This document shows positions 41,303-55,775 of a stretch of DNA of 64,000 nt, in pieces. The translations under genes were made by a program, and so were the position numbers. The notes beneath the pieces were generated by a model. The model made no database searches and was not told where the DNA came from. It saw nothing but the letters and a program-made list of their open reading frames with translations. Numbering within the stretch: position 1 is the first letter of the stretch; every line of letters starts with the position of its first letter. The DNA comes from Eledone cirrhosa (Eukaryota): contig OZ024765.1 in assembly GCA_964016885.1 (NCBI GenBank), positions 3,286,001 through 3,350,000 of the forward strand, read 5' to 3'.

Positions 41303-42250
41303 GGGGTGGTGTTGATGGAGGGGACTGTGGTGGTATGGTGGTGTTGATGGTGGGGACTGTGGTGGTATGGTGGTGTTGATGGTGGGGACTGTAGTGGTAT
41401 GGTGGTGGTATGGTGGAGACTGTGTTGGTATGGTGGTGTTGATGGAGGGGACTGTGGTGGTATGGTGGTGTTGATGGTGGGGACTGTAGTGGTATGGTGG
41501 TGGTATGGTGGAGACTGTGGTGGTATGGTGGTGTTGATGGAGGGGACTGTGGTGGTATGGTGGTGTTGATGGTGGGGACTGTAGTGGTATGGTGGTGGTA
41601 TGGTGGAGACTGTGGTGGTATGGTGGTGTTGATGGTGGGGACTGTAGTGGTATGGTGGTGTTGATGGTGGGGACTGTGGTGGTATGGTGGTGGTATGGTG
41701 GAGACTGTAGTGGTATGGTGGTGTTGATGGTGGGGACTGTGGTGGTATGGTGGTGGTATGGTGGAGACTGTAGTGGTATGGTGGTGTTGATGGTGGGGAC
41801 TGTGGTGGTATGGTGGTGGTATGGTGGAGACTGTAGTGGTATGGTGGTGTTGATGGTGGGGACTGTGGTGGTATGGTGGTGGTATGGTGGAGACTGTAGT
41901 GGTATGGTGGTGTTGATGGTGGGGACTGTGGTGGTATGGTGGTGTTGATGGTGGGGACTGTGGTGGTATGGTGGTGTTGATGGTGGGGACTGTAGTGGTA
42001 TGGTGGTGGTATGGTGGAGACTGTGGTGGTATGGTGGTGTTGATGGTGGGGACTGTGGTGGTATGGTGGTGTTGATGGTGGGGACTGTAGTGGTATGGTG
42101 GTGGTATGGTGGGGACTGTAGTGGTATGGTGGTGGTATGGTGGAGACTGTGGTGGTATGGTGGTGTTGATGGTGGGGACTGTAGTGGTATGGTGGGGACT
42201 GTAGTGGTATGGTGGGGACTGTAGTGGTATGGTGGGGACTGTAGTGGTAG
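41303..42250. repeat. GGT-derived ~30-33-bp minisatellite
   Basis: ggtatggtggtgttgatggtggggactgt units. Confidence 0.9.
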
Positions 42251-42589
42251 GGTGGTGGTCCTGGATGGTGGTGGTTGTGGTGATAGTACGGTGTGGTGGT
42301 GGTGGTTGTGGTGATGGTAGTGGCAGTGGTCGGAATGGTGGGGTGTTGATTGGTAAACATACAAGTCCTATCAGTTACCTCCCTTTCCTGAACCACTCTC
42401 CTCCCTCTCGGACTGTTGGTTGTTTAAGCTGTTTTTTTATTGGCTCTTATTTACAATTGTATGTCCTCCATACTCTCTCTCACCCCCACTCCTCTTTCTC
42501 CCTCTCTCTATCTCCATCCCCTCTCTCTCTCTCCCTCTCCCTCTACTTCTATCCCTCCCCCTCTCTCTCTCTCCTATCGAATTGATCCG

Positions 42590-43690
42590 GCTGGATCCCC
42601 AAACGAGGTCATTCGAGCTCATAGATGTTATCCAACCATCTTGCTCGGGGTATACCCCTGGGTCTCCTCCCGATTATTTTTCCTGAGACATTCTAACCAC
42701 ATGTCCATAGTATCAGAGCTGTGATCTCTCAATTCAGAGAAGTAGCAGCTCTACCTGGAGTGACTCTCTGATCTCTGAGTTACAAATATGTCCAGCAATT
42801 CTTTCTTGAGACATTCTAACCACATGTCCATAGTATCAGAGCTGTGATCTCTCAATTTGGAGATGTAGCAGCTCTACCTGGAGTGACTCTCTGCTCTCCG
42901 AGCTACAAATATGTCCAGCAATTCTTTCCTGAGACATTCTAACCACATGTCCATAGTATCAGAGCTGTGATCTCTCAATTTGGAGATGTAGCAGCTCTAC
43001 CTGGAGTGACTCTCTGATCTCTGAGTTACAAATATGTCCAGCAATTCTTTCCTGAGACATTCTAACCACATGTCCATAGTATCAGAGCTGTGATCTCTCA
43101 ATTTGGAGATGTAGCAGCTCTACCTGGAGTGACTCTCTGCTCTCTGAGCTACAAATATGTCCAGCAATTCTTTCCTGAGACATTCTAACCACATGTCCAT
43201 AGTATCAGAGCTGTGATCTCTTCTCAATTCAGAGAAATAACAGCTCTACTTGGAGTGACTCTCTGCTCTCTGAGCTACAAATATGTCCAGCAATTCTTTC
43301 CTGAGACATTCTAACCACATGTCCATAGTATCAGAGCTGTGATCTCTTCTCAATTCAGAGAAATAACAGCTCTACCTGGAGTGACTCTCTGATCTCTGAG
43401 CTACAAATCTGTCCAGTGATTCTTTCCTGAGACATTCTAACCACATGTCCATAGTATCAGAGCTGTGATCTCTCAATTCAGAGAAGTAGTGGCTCTACCT
43501 GGAGTGACTCTCTGATCTATGAGCTACAAATCTATCCAGGGATTCTTTCCTGAGACATTCTAACCACATGTCCATAGTATCAGAGCTGTGATCTCTCAAT
43601 TCGGAGAAGTAGCGAATTTACATGGAGTAACTCTCTGATCTCTGAACTATGCAATCTATCGTATAATGTTACTCCAAAGACACTTTGGTG
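42590..43690 (-). mobile_element. RTE LINE fragment with the same 123-bp segment amplified ~8 times
   Basis: Reverse complement of the 22635-23600 array, including unique LINE flanks. Confidence 0.8.
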
Positions 43691-44169
43691 GAACCCCATT
43701 TTGGCTGCTTGTATTTCTTGAGAGGTAACAAAAAGAATCATACCGCATAGAACTCTGCGCGGTTTAACAAGGGACGCGTTCAGGTCTTATGTAGAGGGGC
43801 TGGTTCGAAAAATATATTGGAGTCTTCATTTCATGCAGTAAAAAAATCTCGAAGTCCCTGCAACCCGTGGGATGGACGCGCAAGGATTGCGTATAGTATG
43901 TATGTACATACGTATGTATGTACATACGTATGTATGTACATACGTATGTATGTACATACGTACGTACATACGTACGTACGTACGTATGTACGTACGTATG
44001 TATGTATGTACGTATGTATGTATATATGTACGTATGTATATATACATGCATGGTCCCGTAGCTCCTGATAAAATCGGAGGAGCGCCATATTGACATACGG
44101 CATCTCTTGGGCATTCTAAACCTGGTGGAGCCCACCCCTCTCCAGGCCTGGGTACAGCAGATTTCTTCC

Positions 44170-44935
44170 AGAGAAAGATAGAGAGTGAGAGAGAGAGGAT
44201 ATGAGAAAGATAGAGAGTGAGAGAGAGAGGATACGAGAAAGATAGAGAGTGAGAGAGAGAGGATATGAGAAAGATAGAGAGTGAGAGAGAGAGGATATGA
44301 GAAAGATAGAGAGTGAGAGAGAAAGGATGAGAAAGATAGAGAGTGAGAGGATATGAGAAAGATAGAGAGTGAGAGAGAAAGGATATGAGAAAGATAGAGA
44401 GTGAGAGAGAGAGGATATGAGAAAGATAGAGAGTGAGAGAGAGAGGATATGAGAAAGATAGAGAGTGAGAGAGAGAGGAAATGAGAAAGATAGAGAGTGA
44501 GAGAGAAAGGATATGAGAAAGATAGAGAGTGAGAGAGAAAGGATATGAGAAAGATAGAGAGTGAGAGAGAAAGGACATGAGAAAGATAGAGAGTGAGAGA
44601 GAAAGGATATGAGAAAGATAGAGAGTGAGAGAGAAAGGATATGAGAAAGATAGAGAGTGAGAGAGAAAGGACATGAGAAAGATAGAGAGTGAGAGAGAAA
44701 GGATATGAGAAAGACAGAGAGTGAGAGAGGAAATGAGAAAGATAGAGAGTGTGAGAGAAAGGATATGAGAAAGATAGAGAGAGAGAAAGGATATGAGAAA
44801 GATAGAGAGTGAGAGAGAAAGGATATGAGAAAGATAGAGAGTGAGAGAGAAAGGATATGAGAAAGATAGAGAGTGAGAGAGAGAGGAAATGAGATAGATA
44901 GAGAGTGTGAGAGAAAGGATATGAGAAAGAGACAT
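44170..44935. repeat. ~31-bp GA-rich minisatellite
   Basis: gagaaagatagagagtgagagagaaaggatat. Confidence 0.9.
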
Positions 44936-44939
44936 AGTG

Positions 44940-45100
44940 GAAGAATCGACCCCAGTATTAAACTGGTACTTTATTTATCGACCTAGAAAGGATGAAAGGC
45001 AAAGTTGACCTCGGTGGGATTTGAACTCCGGGACCAGAGAGCTAGCAACGAGTACCATAAAACATTCTATCCGGCATTCTAACGACTTTGACAATTCCTC
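44940..45100 (-). mobile_element. S1 SINE fragment (others at 37340-37490 and 63652-63755)
   Basis: ggtactttatttatcgacc...gatgaaaggcaaagttgacctcgg. Confidence 0.7.
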
Positions 45101-45332
45101 GCCCTATATACACCATATACAAAATCTAAATAAGGATATAGCTTATTTGGCTTCAGTACCGGGTGAACGTACGTTACTGAGGATGGATAAAAATCCTGAA
45201 GCACTAGTGAATGTCCTTTTCACGTGCTTACTCAGACTCATGTGACAGGATTGCAATTTAAAACACAAATAGTCAAACTTAGTATCTTTATTATACAAAA
45301 ACCTATCGTAGATGCTTACATATACACATCTA

Positions 45333-45386
<54 letters not shown>

Positions 45387-45587
45387 ATATATATATATTA
45401 TATATATATATATATTGTATATATATATATATTGTATATATATATATATATTGTATACATATATATATGTTGTATACATATATATATGTTGTATACATAT
45501 ATATATATTGTATATATATATATATACAATATATATATATATATACAATATATATATATATATACTATATATATATACAATATATAT

Positions 45588-45619
<32 letters not shown>

Positions 45620-45627
45620 CAATATAT

Positions 45628-45659
<32 letters not shown>

Positions 45660-45665
45660 CAATAT

Positions 45666-45697
<32 letters not shown>

Positions 45698-45793
45698 CAA
45701 TATATAATATATATATATATATATACAATATATATATATATAATATATATATATATATACAATATATATATATATATACAATATATATATACA

Positions 45794-45829
<36 letters not shown>

Positions 45830-45872
45830 ATATATATATATATATACAATATATATATATATATATATATAT

Positions 45873-45908
<36 letters not shown>

Positions 45909-45929
45909 CAGCATTACCCTCCCAAAGTA

Positions 45930-45971
<42 letters not shown>

Positions 45972-46067
45972 TATATATATATATATAAAATAAATATACA
46001 TTACACAAGCACTACTGGGTCTGCGCATGCGTTATGTCACAATGTTCTGGGAGTTAGTGTATGTATA

Positions 46068-46221
<154 letters not shown>

Positions 46222-46365
46222 GTGCGGTGGGGGTGGATTTGTCACTTTAATAAATTTTAACGAAAACATCAAAAACGGTAAAAACAACACATTGGCAGGC
46301 TGATGTCGCCCTCCACTTACAGCTGCACTGACATGGATATATATATGTATATATATATGTATATA

Positions 46366-46399
<34 letters not shown>

Positions 46400-46412
46400 C
46401 ATATATATATAC

Positions 46413-46443
<31 letters not shown>

Positions 46444-46447
46444 CATA

Positions 46448-46482
<35 letters not shown>

Positions 46483-46726
46483 GTGTGTGTGTGTATATAT
46501 ATACATATATATATGCATATATATACATATATACATATATATATAACTATATATATATATATATATACATGTGTATGTGTGTGTATATATATATACATAT
46601 ATATATATATACATTTATATGCATATATATATATATACATACATATATATGCATATATATATATACATACATATATACATATATATACATATATATGCAT
46701 ATATATATATATACATATATACATAC

Positions 46727-46777
<51 letters not shown>

Positions 46778-46909
46778 CCTATATATATATACACGCATAT
46801 ATATATATGCATATATATATATATGTATATATATATGTGAATATATATATACATACATATATACATATATACATACATATATACATACATATATATATAT
46901 ATATATATA

Positions 46910-46963
<54 letters not shown>

Positions 46964-47033
46964 CATTTATATATATGTAATATAGACCGTGAGAATAAAG
47001 TTGGAATTCCCGACGTCTGTGAGTGTGCGTACT

Positions 47034-47076
<43 letters not shown>

Positions 47077-47132
47077 TGTGTGTGTGCGTGTGTGTGTGTG
47101 TGTGTGTGTATCAATGTATGTATGTGCATATC

Positions 47133-47165
<33 letters not shown>

Positions 47166-47514
47166 ATGTGTGTATGTGTACCAATGTATGTATGTGTATG
47201 TGCATATCTCTATATATGTGTGTGTGTGTGTGTGTGTGTACCAATGTATGTATGTATGTATGTGTATGTGCATATCTATATATATATATGAGTGTGTGTG
47301 TGTGTGTATGTGTACCAATGTATGTATGTGCATATCTCTCTATATATATGTGTGTGTGTACCAATGTATGTATGTATGTATGTGTATGTGCATATCTCTA
47401 TATATATATATGAGTGTGTGTGTGTGTATGTATGTGTACCAATGTATGTATGTGCATATCTCTCTATATATATGTGTGTGTGTACCAATGTATGTATGTT
47501 TATGTGCATATCTC

Positions 47515-47548
<34 letters not shown>

Positions 47549-47771
47549 AAAAAGTAAACATTACAAGAGATGGAATCGTGAAGAATTGGAGTGAGGGACA
47601 AAGTGAGTGAGGGGTAGAGAGCGGGGTAAAGAGAAAGGGAGAGACACAGAGAGAGGGGTAAAGAGAAAGGGAGAGACATAGAGAGAGAGGTAGAGAGAGA
47701 GAAAGAAATAGACAGATAGACAGAAAAAACCCAAAGTCACATGAAAACACACTCACACACACACTTATATA

Positions 47772-47807
<36 letters not shown>

Positions 47808-47915
47808 CATATATATATACATATATATATACATATATATAATTTCGTTATAACGAATAACATTATAACGGTTTTTTAAAGCCCATGAATTTCGTTATAA
47901 CTCAATTTCACTGTG

Positions 47916-47986
<71 letters not shown>

Positions 47987-48090
47987 ATACTTGGGGAGGG
48001 TCATATTGTTGTAATATTGCCAAAAATTATAACAGAACACACTCACTGTTTGATGTTGCAGATGTGTAACGAAAGAACTTTGATAGACTA

Positions 48091-48186
<96 letters not shown>

Positions 48187-48395
48187 ACCGCTGGTCAATC
48201 AATAATAAATCTTGATTGCCAAATAAATTAACTATGGAGATATAAAAGATACAGAAGCGAAAACCAACCAAACAGCCAGTGTGTTCTGTTATTCTTTCTG
48301 GCAATATTACAACAATATGACCCTCCCCAAGTATAACAACATGTGTTTCGACACAAGATTTCATATAAAAAACCTTGCAAAACAAATATATCTAT

Positions 48396-48655
48396 CTATC
48401 TATCTAAGGCGGGTAAAATTCCCGAGATCCATGGACGAGTTCTCTCCAGCGGTCTCTGTCCCTCAATATCGCTGCCATATCCTGCATCTCCAACAGACCA
48501 GTGTCTGTCCTTAGGGCATCAACATATGTTAACCTTGGTCTTCCTCTTCTAGTGTGTCAATGCAGGGGCTCCCAAAGGAGCACTGAGTGCAATGTCAACT
48601 CTGGATGTCGGTGAGCATGTCCAGCTAACCTCAGTCTCCTCTGTGTCACTTTTGC
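48396..48655 (-). mobile_element. RTE/RTEX LINE 3' end
   Basis: Reverse complement of 52770-53025. Confidence 0.8.
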
Positions 48656-48679
48656 ATATATATATATATATATATGCAA

Positions 48680-48972
48680 AAGTTCTATTTAAATTGTTGG
48701 GATACAACAAGCAAATATTTTTATAACTGATATAAAGCACTCAACAATTATTTGGAGTAAACATACGATATAATAACAAATGGAAACTATATTTATAAAA
48801 CCATATTTATTTCATTATACATATTTCAAGGACACCAAGTTAAATTTTATTTATAAAACTGATCTATATTATATTTTGTCTGATGAAAGCACACCATAAT
48901 TTAACTTGGTGTCCTTGAAACATGTATAATGAAATAAATATGGTTTTATAAATATAGTTTCCATTTATTAAT

Positions 48973-48975
<3 letters not shown>
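48680..48975. mobile_element. family B fold-back with HHR (48874-48934 +)
   Basis: CUGAUGA-AAGCACACCA...UGGUGUCCUU-GAAA; inverted arms 48765-48845 / 48898-48975. Confidence 0.7.
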
Positions 48976-49019
<44 letters not shown>

Positions 49020-49074
49020 CAACTCTGACTTTACCACATAACATGTATTTCATTTTCTTATAGCATTTTAAGAG

Positions 49075-49160
49075 GGTCCGTCGAGCCGCTGATTATTGAG
49101 TCGGGTAGGATCGATACAGATCGAACCTTGAGCTGATCAGTGGCGAAACGCGCGTCATCA
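49075..49160 (+). ncRNA. variant or decayed hammerhead, family I (second copy at 61245-61335, - strand)
   Basis: CCGUCGA-GCCGCUGAUU...GAUCAGUGGC-GAAAC gcgc GUC; the core deviates from CUGANGA. Confidence 0.5.
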
Positions 49161-49469
49161 ACCAATACACGTAATGAAGGAGTAATCAATCGTCCTTTTT
49201 ATCCTTTCAATATATTACACTTTGTATAGCTAAGTGAACCTAAACATCGAGTGCTCTCCCGGGTGAACCTGCAGTAACTCCTAGTTACACCCCCTGGATA
49301 TATATATATATACATATATACATATATACATGACCAAAAACAAAACGGAAAATGGTGAAGGTCAATCAGGGAGGGTTACTCCGGCAGGAGGTCCTTTGTT
49401 AGGGGTTCCTCTGACGGGAGTTCTAATAGTAGAGGTTCCTCCGGCAGGAGTGAAAAGGCCCTGGATTCA

Positions 49470-49990
49470 CTGTATTTCTCCAGTCTTCGCCCCAGGGAGT
49501 AGAGCTTTAGTTCTTCCAGTCCCTGCCAGCAGGTCACCCCTTTTATTGAGGTAATCCTCTTGGTGAAGCTTTGTGGGATTGCTTCAAGTTCTGCAGTTAA
49601 TTTGACTCGGAGAAGTAACCATAGCTGTGAGGTAACCACAGCTGTGAGGTAACCATAGCTGTGAGGTAACCATAGCTGTGAGGTAACCACAGCTGTGAGG
49701 TAACCATAGCTGTGAGGTAACCACAGCTGTGAGGTAACCATAGCTGTGAGGTAACCACAGCTGTGAGGTAACCATAGCTGTGAGGTAACCACAGCTGTGA
49801 GGTAACCATAGCTGTGAGGTAACCACAGCTGTGAGGTAACCATAGTTGAGAGCAATTATCGGTAAGGGCTGAGGACAAAATGTCCACCAAAGGACCAAAA
49901 GGACGAATATTATTTTCGGTTTCTTTGTCCTGAAGGTGCTCAAAGTCCATCCAGCCCGTTGTCTGCACATTGCCGCCATGTTGGTTTTCA
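49470..49990 (-). mobile_element. CR1/L2-like LINE fragment with an internal 17-bp tandem (49615-49845, ~14 copies)
   Basis: MCRQRAGWTLSTFRTK...SQLWLP...ELEAIPQSFTKRI...LEELKLYSLGRRLEKY. Confidence 0.75.
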
Positions 49991-50525
49991 GGTTGGGGGC
50001 GGGGGGCTTCCTACACACACACAAAATAGAATACACAGCAAATTTTACATATCAAGATTAGCTTGGCGCAAGTAATTGGAAATGAAACGTTATTCATATA
50101 GGCTATTAATTAAAAAGTTCTAACAATTGTAAAACTAAAAAAGCCCAGTTGAGGGCACAAAAAAATTCTACAGCCATCGCTGTCTCCTCTCTCCACCACT
50201 ACCACCACCACCACCACCACTACCACCACCACCACCACCACCACTACTACCACCACCACTACCTCCACCACCACCACTACCTCCACCACCACCACTACCT
50301 CCACCACCACCACCACCACCACCACCACTACTACCACCACCACTACCTCCACCACCACCACCACCACCACCACTACCACCACCACCACCACCACTACTAC
50401 CACCACCACCACTACCACCACCACCACTACCACCACCAACACTACCTCCACTACCACCACCACCACCAAGCTTCTTGTCCTGTCGTCTGCTACAAAACAT
50501 TACATAACACCACATACACACACAC

Positions 50526-50573
<48 letters not shown>

Positions 50574-50701
50574 ATACATATATATATACATACATATATA
50601 GATATATGTACACATACATATATAGATATATATATATACATACATATATAGATATATACATACATATATATATATAGACACACACACCCACACACACATA
50701 C

Positions 50702-52202
50702 ATATTCAATTGAAGAAAGTTGGTTGATTGAAAATCTGCCAACTTCACACAAATGCAGACACATAATACCACATACACATATATAAACATACACACATAA
50801 TACCACATACACATATATAAACATACACACATAATACCACATACACATATATAAACAAACACACATAATACCACATACATATATATAAACAAACACACAT
50901 AATACCACATACACATATATAAACAAACACACATAATACCACATACACATATATAAACAAACACACATAATACCACATACACAAACAAACACACATAATA
51001 CCACATACACATATATAAACAAACACACATAATACCACATACACATATATAAACAAACACACATAATACCACATACACATATATAAACAAATATACATAA
51101 TACCACATACACATATATAAACAAACACACATAATACCACATACACATATATAAACAAACACACATAATACCACATACACATATATAAACAAACAAACAC
51201 ATATATACATACACACAAATGCTACATACACGCACACATCACATACATACGTATATAACATTGCAGACAGACAAACACACACATAGACACACACACAGAC
51301 ACATACACACACATAGACACACACACAAGCATACACACACACAGACACACACATACACACATACATACACGCGCACACATATACACAGACAGACAGACAT
51401 ACACACAGACATACACACACACAGACACACAGACATACACACACACACACACACAGACACACACAGACATACACACACACACACACACAGACACACACAG
51501 ACATACACACACACAGACATACACACACACAGACATACACACACAGACACACACACACACACAGAAACACACACAGACAGAGACACACACACTCAGACAG
51601 ACAGACAGACAGACAGACATACAGACAGACAGACAGACAGAGAGAGTCTCCCCTTCACCCTACCCTCTCGCCCTCCCTCCGTGACCACACCTTAAGAAGA
51701 GAGGTAGAGAGACAAGATATTGACATGTCTTTTGGAGGACACCCCACCCTCATCCTTCTACACCCACCACTGACTCCCACCCACACACCATCCGCCACCA
51801 CCCTCTCTTACTCACCCACCCACCACTGATCACCACCACACCACAACCGCCCTCTCCCCCCATCCACCCCCACACCCCACCAACCCCTCCTTCTCTCCCC
51901 CAGCCCACCTGACACCACCACCGCACTCTTCCCCCACCCACCCCACGCCACCACCACCCCTTCCTACTCCCCCACCCAGCCCACCTGACACCATCCTTTC
52001 CACACCCACCCACACCAGCACCACCCCTCCTATTCCCCACCCCACCCCCGCCTGACTCCTCCCCTCCCGACCCCCCTCACTAGAATCTCCTTACGTGTTG
52101 ACAAAAGTGTGCTGTCCTCAAAAAGTCGCTCCACGCAGCCGCGGTGTGCCAGTCACGTGCACAAGTCACGTGTGCTGGCTTTTCGTTGTATTTCGACTCC
52201 AT
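50702..52202 (-). CDS. three phase-compatible candidate exons: 52202-52095, 51728-51691, 50735-50702
   Basis: [36 protein letters not shown]|[13 protein letters not shown]|[11 protein letters not shown] with donors gtaagg, gtgtgg, gtatgt; no homologue recognised. Confidence 0.3.
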
Positions 52203-52681
52203 GTTCACATCGTTGTGGTTGATGTTGGGGTTGTTGTTGAGGTTGTTGTTGAGGTTGTTGTTGTTGTTATGAAAGTCTCTCTCTCACCCCTTCTCTCTCA
52301 CCTTCTCACTCCCTTTCTCTCTATCTCCCTTACCTTCTCTCTCACCCCTCTCTATCTATCTCACCCCCTCTCTCTCCCCCTCTATCTCTCTTACCTTCTC
52401 ACCACCTCTCTATATATATATCTCACCTTCTCACCCTCTTTCTCTCTCTCTTACCTTCGCACTACCTCTCTCTCTATCTCTTACCTTCTCACCCTTCCCC
52501 TCTCTCTCAACCCCCGCTCTCTCATCTGTTGACAATTAATATAAATATCCATCTGTATACACACCAGCAGGTACACCATTTTAATACACGTGCTCACATG
52601 TAAATACACACATACACCCACATTATACATACATATATGTATGTATATGCATATATATATACATATATATATACATACATA

Positions 52682-53030
52682 CGAGAATGCTGAGGATGGC
52701 TGTGAACATTAATCAGTATACACGGAGGATGAAAAACTCAAAGCTGTATGGGAGCCTCCCAAAAGTCAGCTCAAAAGTGACACAGAGGAGACTGAGGTTA
52801 GCTGGACATGCTCACCGACATCCAGAGTTGACATTGCACTCAGTGCTCCTTTGGGAGCCCCTACATGGACACACTGGAAGAGGAAGACCAAGGTTAACAT
52901 ATGTTGATACCCTAAGGACAGACACTGGTCTGTTGGAGATGCAGGATATGGCAGCGATAATGAGGGACAGAGACCGCTGGAGAGAACTCGTCCATGGATC
53001 TCGGGAATTTTACCCGCCTTAGATAGATAT
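52682..53030 (+). mobile_element. RTE/RTEX LINE ORF C-terminus, 5'-truncated
   Basis: RMLRMAVNI...RRLRLAGHAHRH...LLWEP...[11 protein letters not shown]...DRDRWR* followed by (TAGA)n. Confidence 0.85.
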
Positions 53031-53753
53031 ATATATATACATAGATATATATACATACATATATATACACATACATACATACATATATATACATATACAT
53101 ACATACATATATATACATATACATACATACATATATATACATATACATACATACATATATATACATATACATACATACATATACATATATATATACATAT
53201 ACATACATATATACATATACATACATATATACATATACATACATACATACATATATATACATACATATACATGCATACATATATATACATACATATACAT
53301 GCATACATATATATACATACATATACATGCATACATATATATACATACATATACATGCATACATATGTATACATACATATATATATACATATGTATACAT
53401 GCATACATATATATACATACGTATACATGCATACATATATATACATACGTATACATGCATACATATATACATACACATGCATACATATATATACATACAT
53501 ATACATGCATACATATATATACATGCATGCATACATATATATACATGCATGCATACATATATATACATGCATGCATACATATATATATATACATGCATGC
53601 ATACATATATACATGCATGCATACATATATATATACATGCATGCATACATATATATATACATGCATGCATATATATATACATGCATGCATACATATATAT
53701 ATATACATGCATGCATACATATATATATACATGCATATATATACATATACATG

Positions 53754-53796
<43 letters not shown>

Positions 53797-54066
53797 TCGA
53801 CATATAAGGATGTAAATTGCTTGAAGCACTCGATGTCATATTACTTCTTTAAAACAAGGAAGAGGAAGTATATTTATAAAGAGGAAGTTGTAGATGTTAG
53901 AGTCTTATATTAATTGAGGCGTAATACTTATTTCCATGGCGAGAGATATCCTAATTGCTTATCTTGATGTAATGACAATGGATAAAAACGATTTATTAGT
54001 CTCTATATTTCGGATTTCTATTCCATCGTCAGGGGATTTATATACATATATATATATATATTTCAA

Positions 54067-54250
54067 TATATTAACAAATGGAAACTATATTTATAAAACC
54101 ATATTTATTTCATTATACATATTTCAAGGACACCAAGTTAAATTATGGTGCGCTTTTATCAGATAAAATATAATATATATATCAGTTTTACAAATAAATA
54201 TTGACATACCCTTAAAAAATGCGACCATGTCTGTTGGAAGCTCCCGGATA
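54067..54250 (-). mobile_element. family B terminus with mutated HHR (CUGAUAA)
   Basis: Near-identical to 59408-59590. Confidence 0.7.
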
Positions 54251-54350
54251 GTGAGGTTATTAGAATTAGTGTCGGATATATATATATGTATATATAAATT
54301 AATAAAATAATGAATAAACAAAGAAACAGTTCCTTATATTTAAAAAATTC

Positions 54351-54488
54351 ATCATTTTACGATCGTTTCTAGGATATATATGTGTTAGAGTTGGTATGCA
54401 TATTCTATAGATCTATGTACAATATTTATACAAAATATCAGAGGGAATATACATAGCTACACATATATATGCCGTCTTCAGAAATAAT
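54351..54488 (-). ncRNA. hammerhead ribozyme, family H, ~105-nt stem II
   Basis: AUUAUUU-CUGAAGA-(CGGCAUAUAUAUGUG...CACAUAUAUAUCCUA)-GAAAC gauc GUA-AAAUGAU. Confidence 0.7.
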
Positions 54489-54500
54489 CTCTATATATAT

Positions 54501-54622
<122 letters not shown>

Positions 54623-54827
54623 CGTGTGCGTGCGTGTGCGTGTGTGTGCGTGTGCGTGTGTGCGTGTGCGTGTGTGCGTGTGCGTGTGTGCGTGTGTGTG
54701 TCGGGCTCCGAAAATTGTGATCGATATTGAAACATTCGTCATATGCAGTAAAGTTAATTTATGGTGCAAATTTGACATCGTCCCTGCTTACTTGCGATTG
54801 TGTATGTGTGTGTAAGATATTTATATA

Positions 54828-55222
54828 TGTCAGGTCACCAGTTGGTGCTACTGGAAACAAGTATCCCAGTACAACCTGTCTCATGGTCGGGTCGTTGGCG
54901 ACTAAACTGGCAACCCCACCAAGGTTTCTTGGTGAGGAGGGTGACTTTGGACATCCTGCAGGACTCAAAACAAAACCCGTCAAAGGGCAAAGGAGTTCTT
55001 AAGAGTCAATGGCCATCCAAAATCACCGGAAGAGATGACCCCTTAGCCTTTGTCAAGGCAGAATTCTAGGAGAAGGAAAACTCTGATATAACACCTGCAA
55101 CCCTGATGGTATCCAATGATGTTGACTTGTTCTTCTTTTTGGTAAATATCATCTTGGTTAAGAGAGTGGGACTGGCTTTATGCAGTGCCTTTGCTCACTA
55201 TAAAAGCTTCACGGCACAGGCA
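54828..55222 (+). mobile_element. ~395-bp dispersed repeat resembling an RTE 5' UTR (second copy 58878-59272; 5' tip inverted at 60294-60323)
   Basis: Two near-identical copies containing ctaggagaaggaaaactctga. Confidence 0.6.
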
Positions 55223-55736
55223 TTACTTTATATCTGGAGATCTCTCTGCACTTGTCGTCACATGGTACCATGGGCCCAGCACTATGTATCAATAATTGTC
55301 ACAAGTATAGTGTTTTGTACCAGAGTTTTCAAGTCGCTGGCTGGACTAAAAAGTCACACTCGTTCAGCGCATCGGTAAGGGTTCTCCTACATGGATATAA
55401 AGTAGTGGCCGTACTCGAAAACGAGTTGGCAGCCACCATATTTATATATATATAAAACGAACAAAGAAAGTGTGGTAAGGAACCAGGTGGACCATAACGC
55501 ACCAAAGTACTCAATACTTAGGGTAGTAGAGTGGGTAATAGGAAAAGAGTCAGGACCCCGACGGCTGAGCTCCGACAGCTAGATATGAACTGTTTATATA
55601 CATATATATATGTATGTGTGTGTCTGTGTGTGTGTGTTGAAACAAATATTGTTATATATTATATATTTCTGGCAATATTATAACATGACTCTCCCCAAAT
55701 ATATGTATGTATGTATATATATATATATATATATAT

Positions 55737-55775
<39 letters not shown>

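Noticed and set aside
45175-45215. CUGAGGA-U-GGAU aaaa AUCC-U-GAAG hammerhead-like motif
   Set aside because: GAAA box and NUH site are broken; at best a decayed HHR
53995-54040. Minus-strand CUGACGA-UGGA...UCC-GAAA motif
   Set aside because: No NUH triplet or stem I partner; decayed or chance
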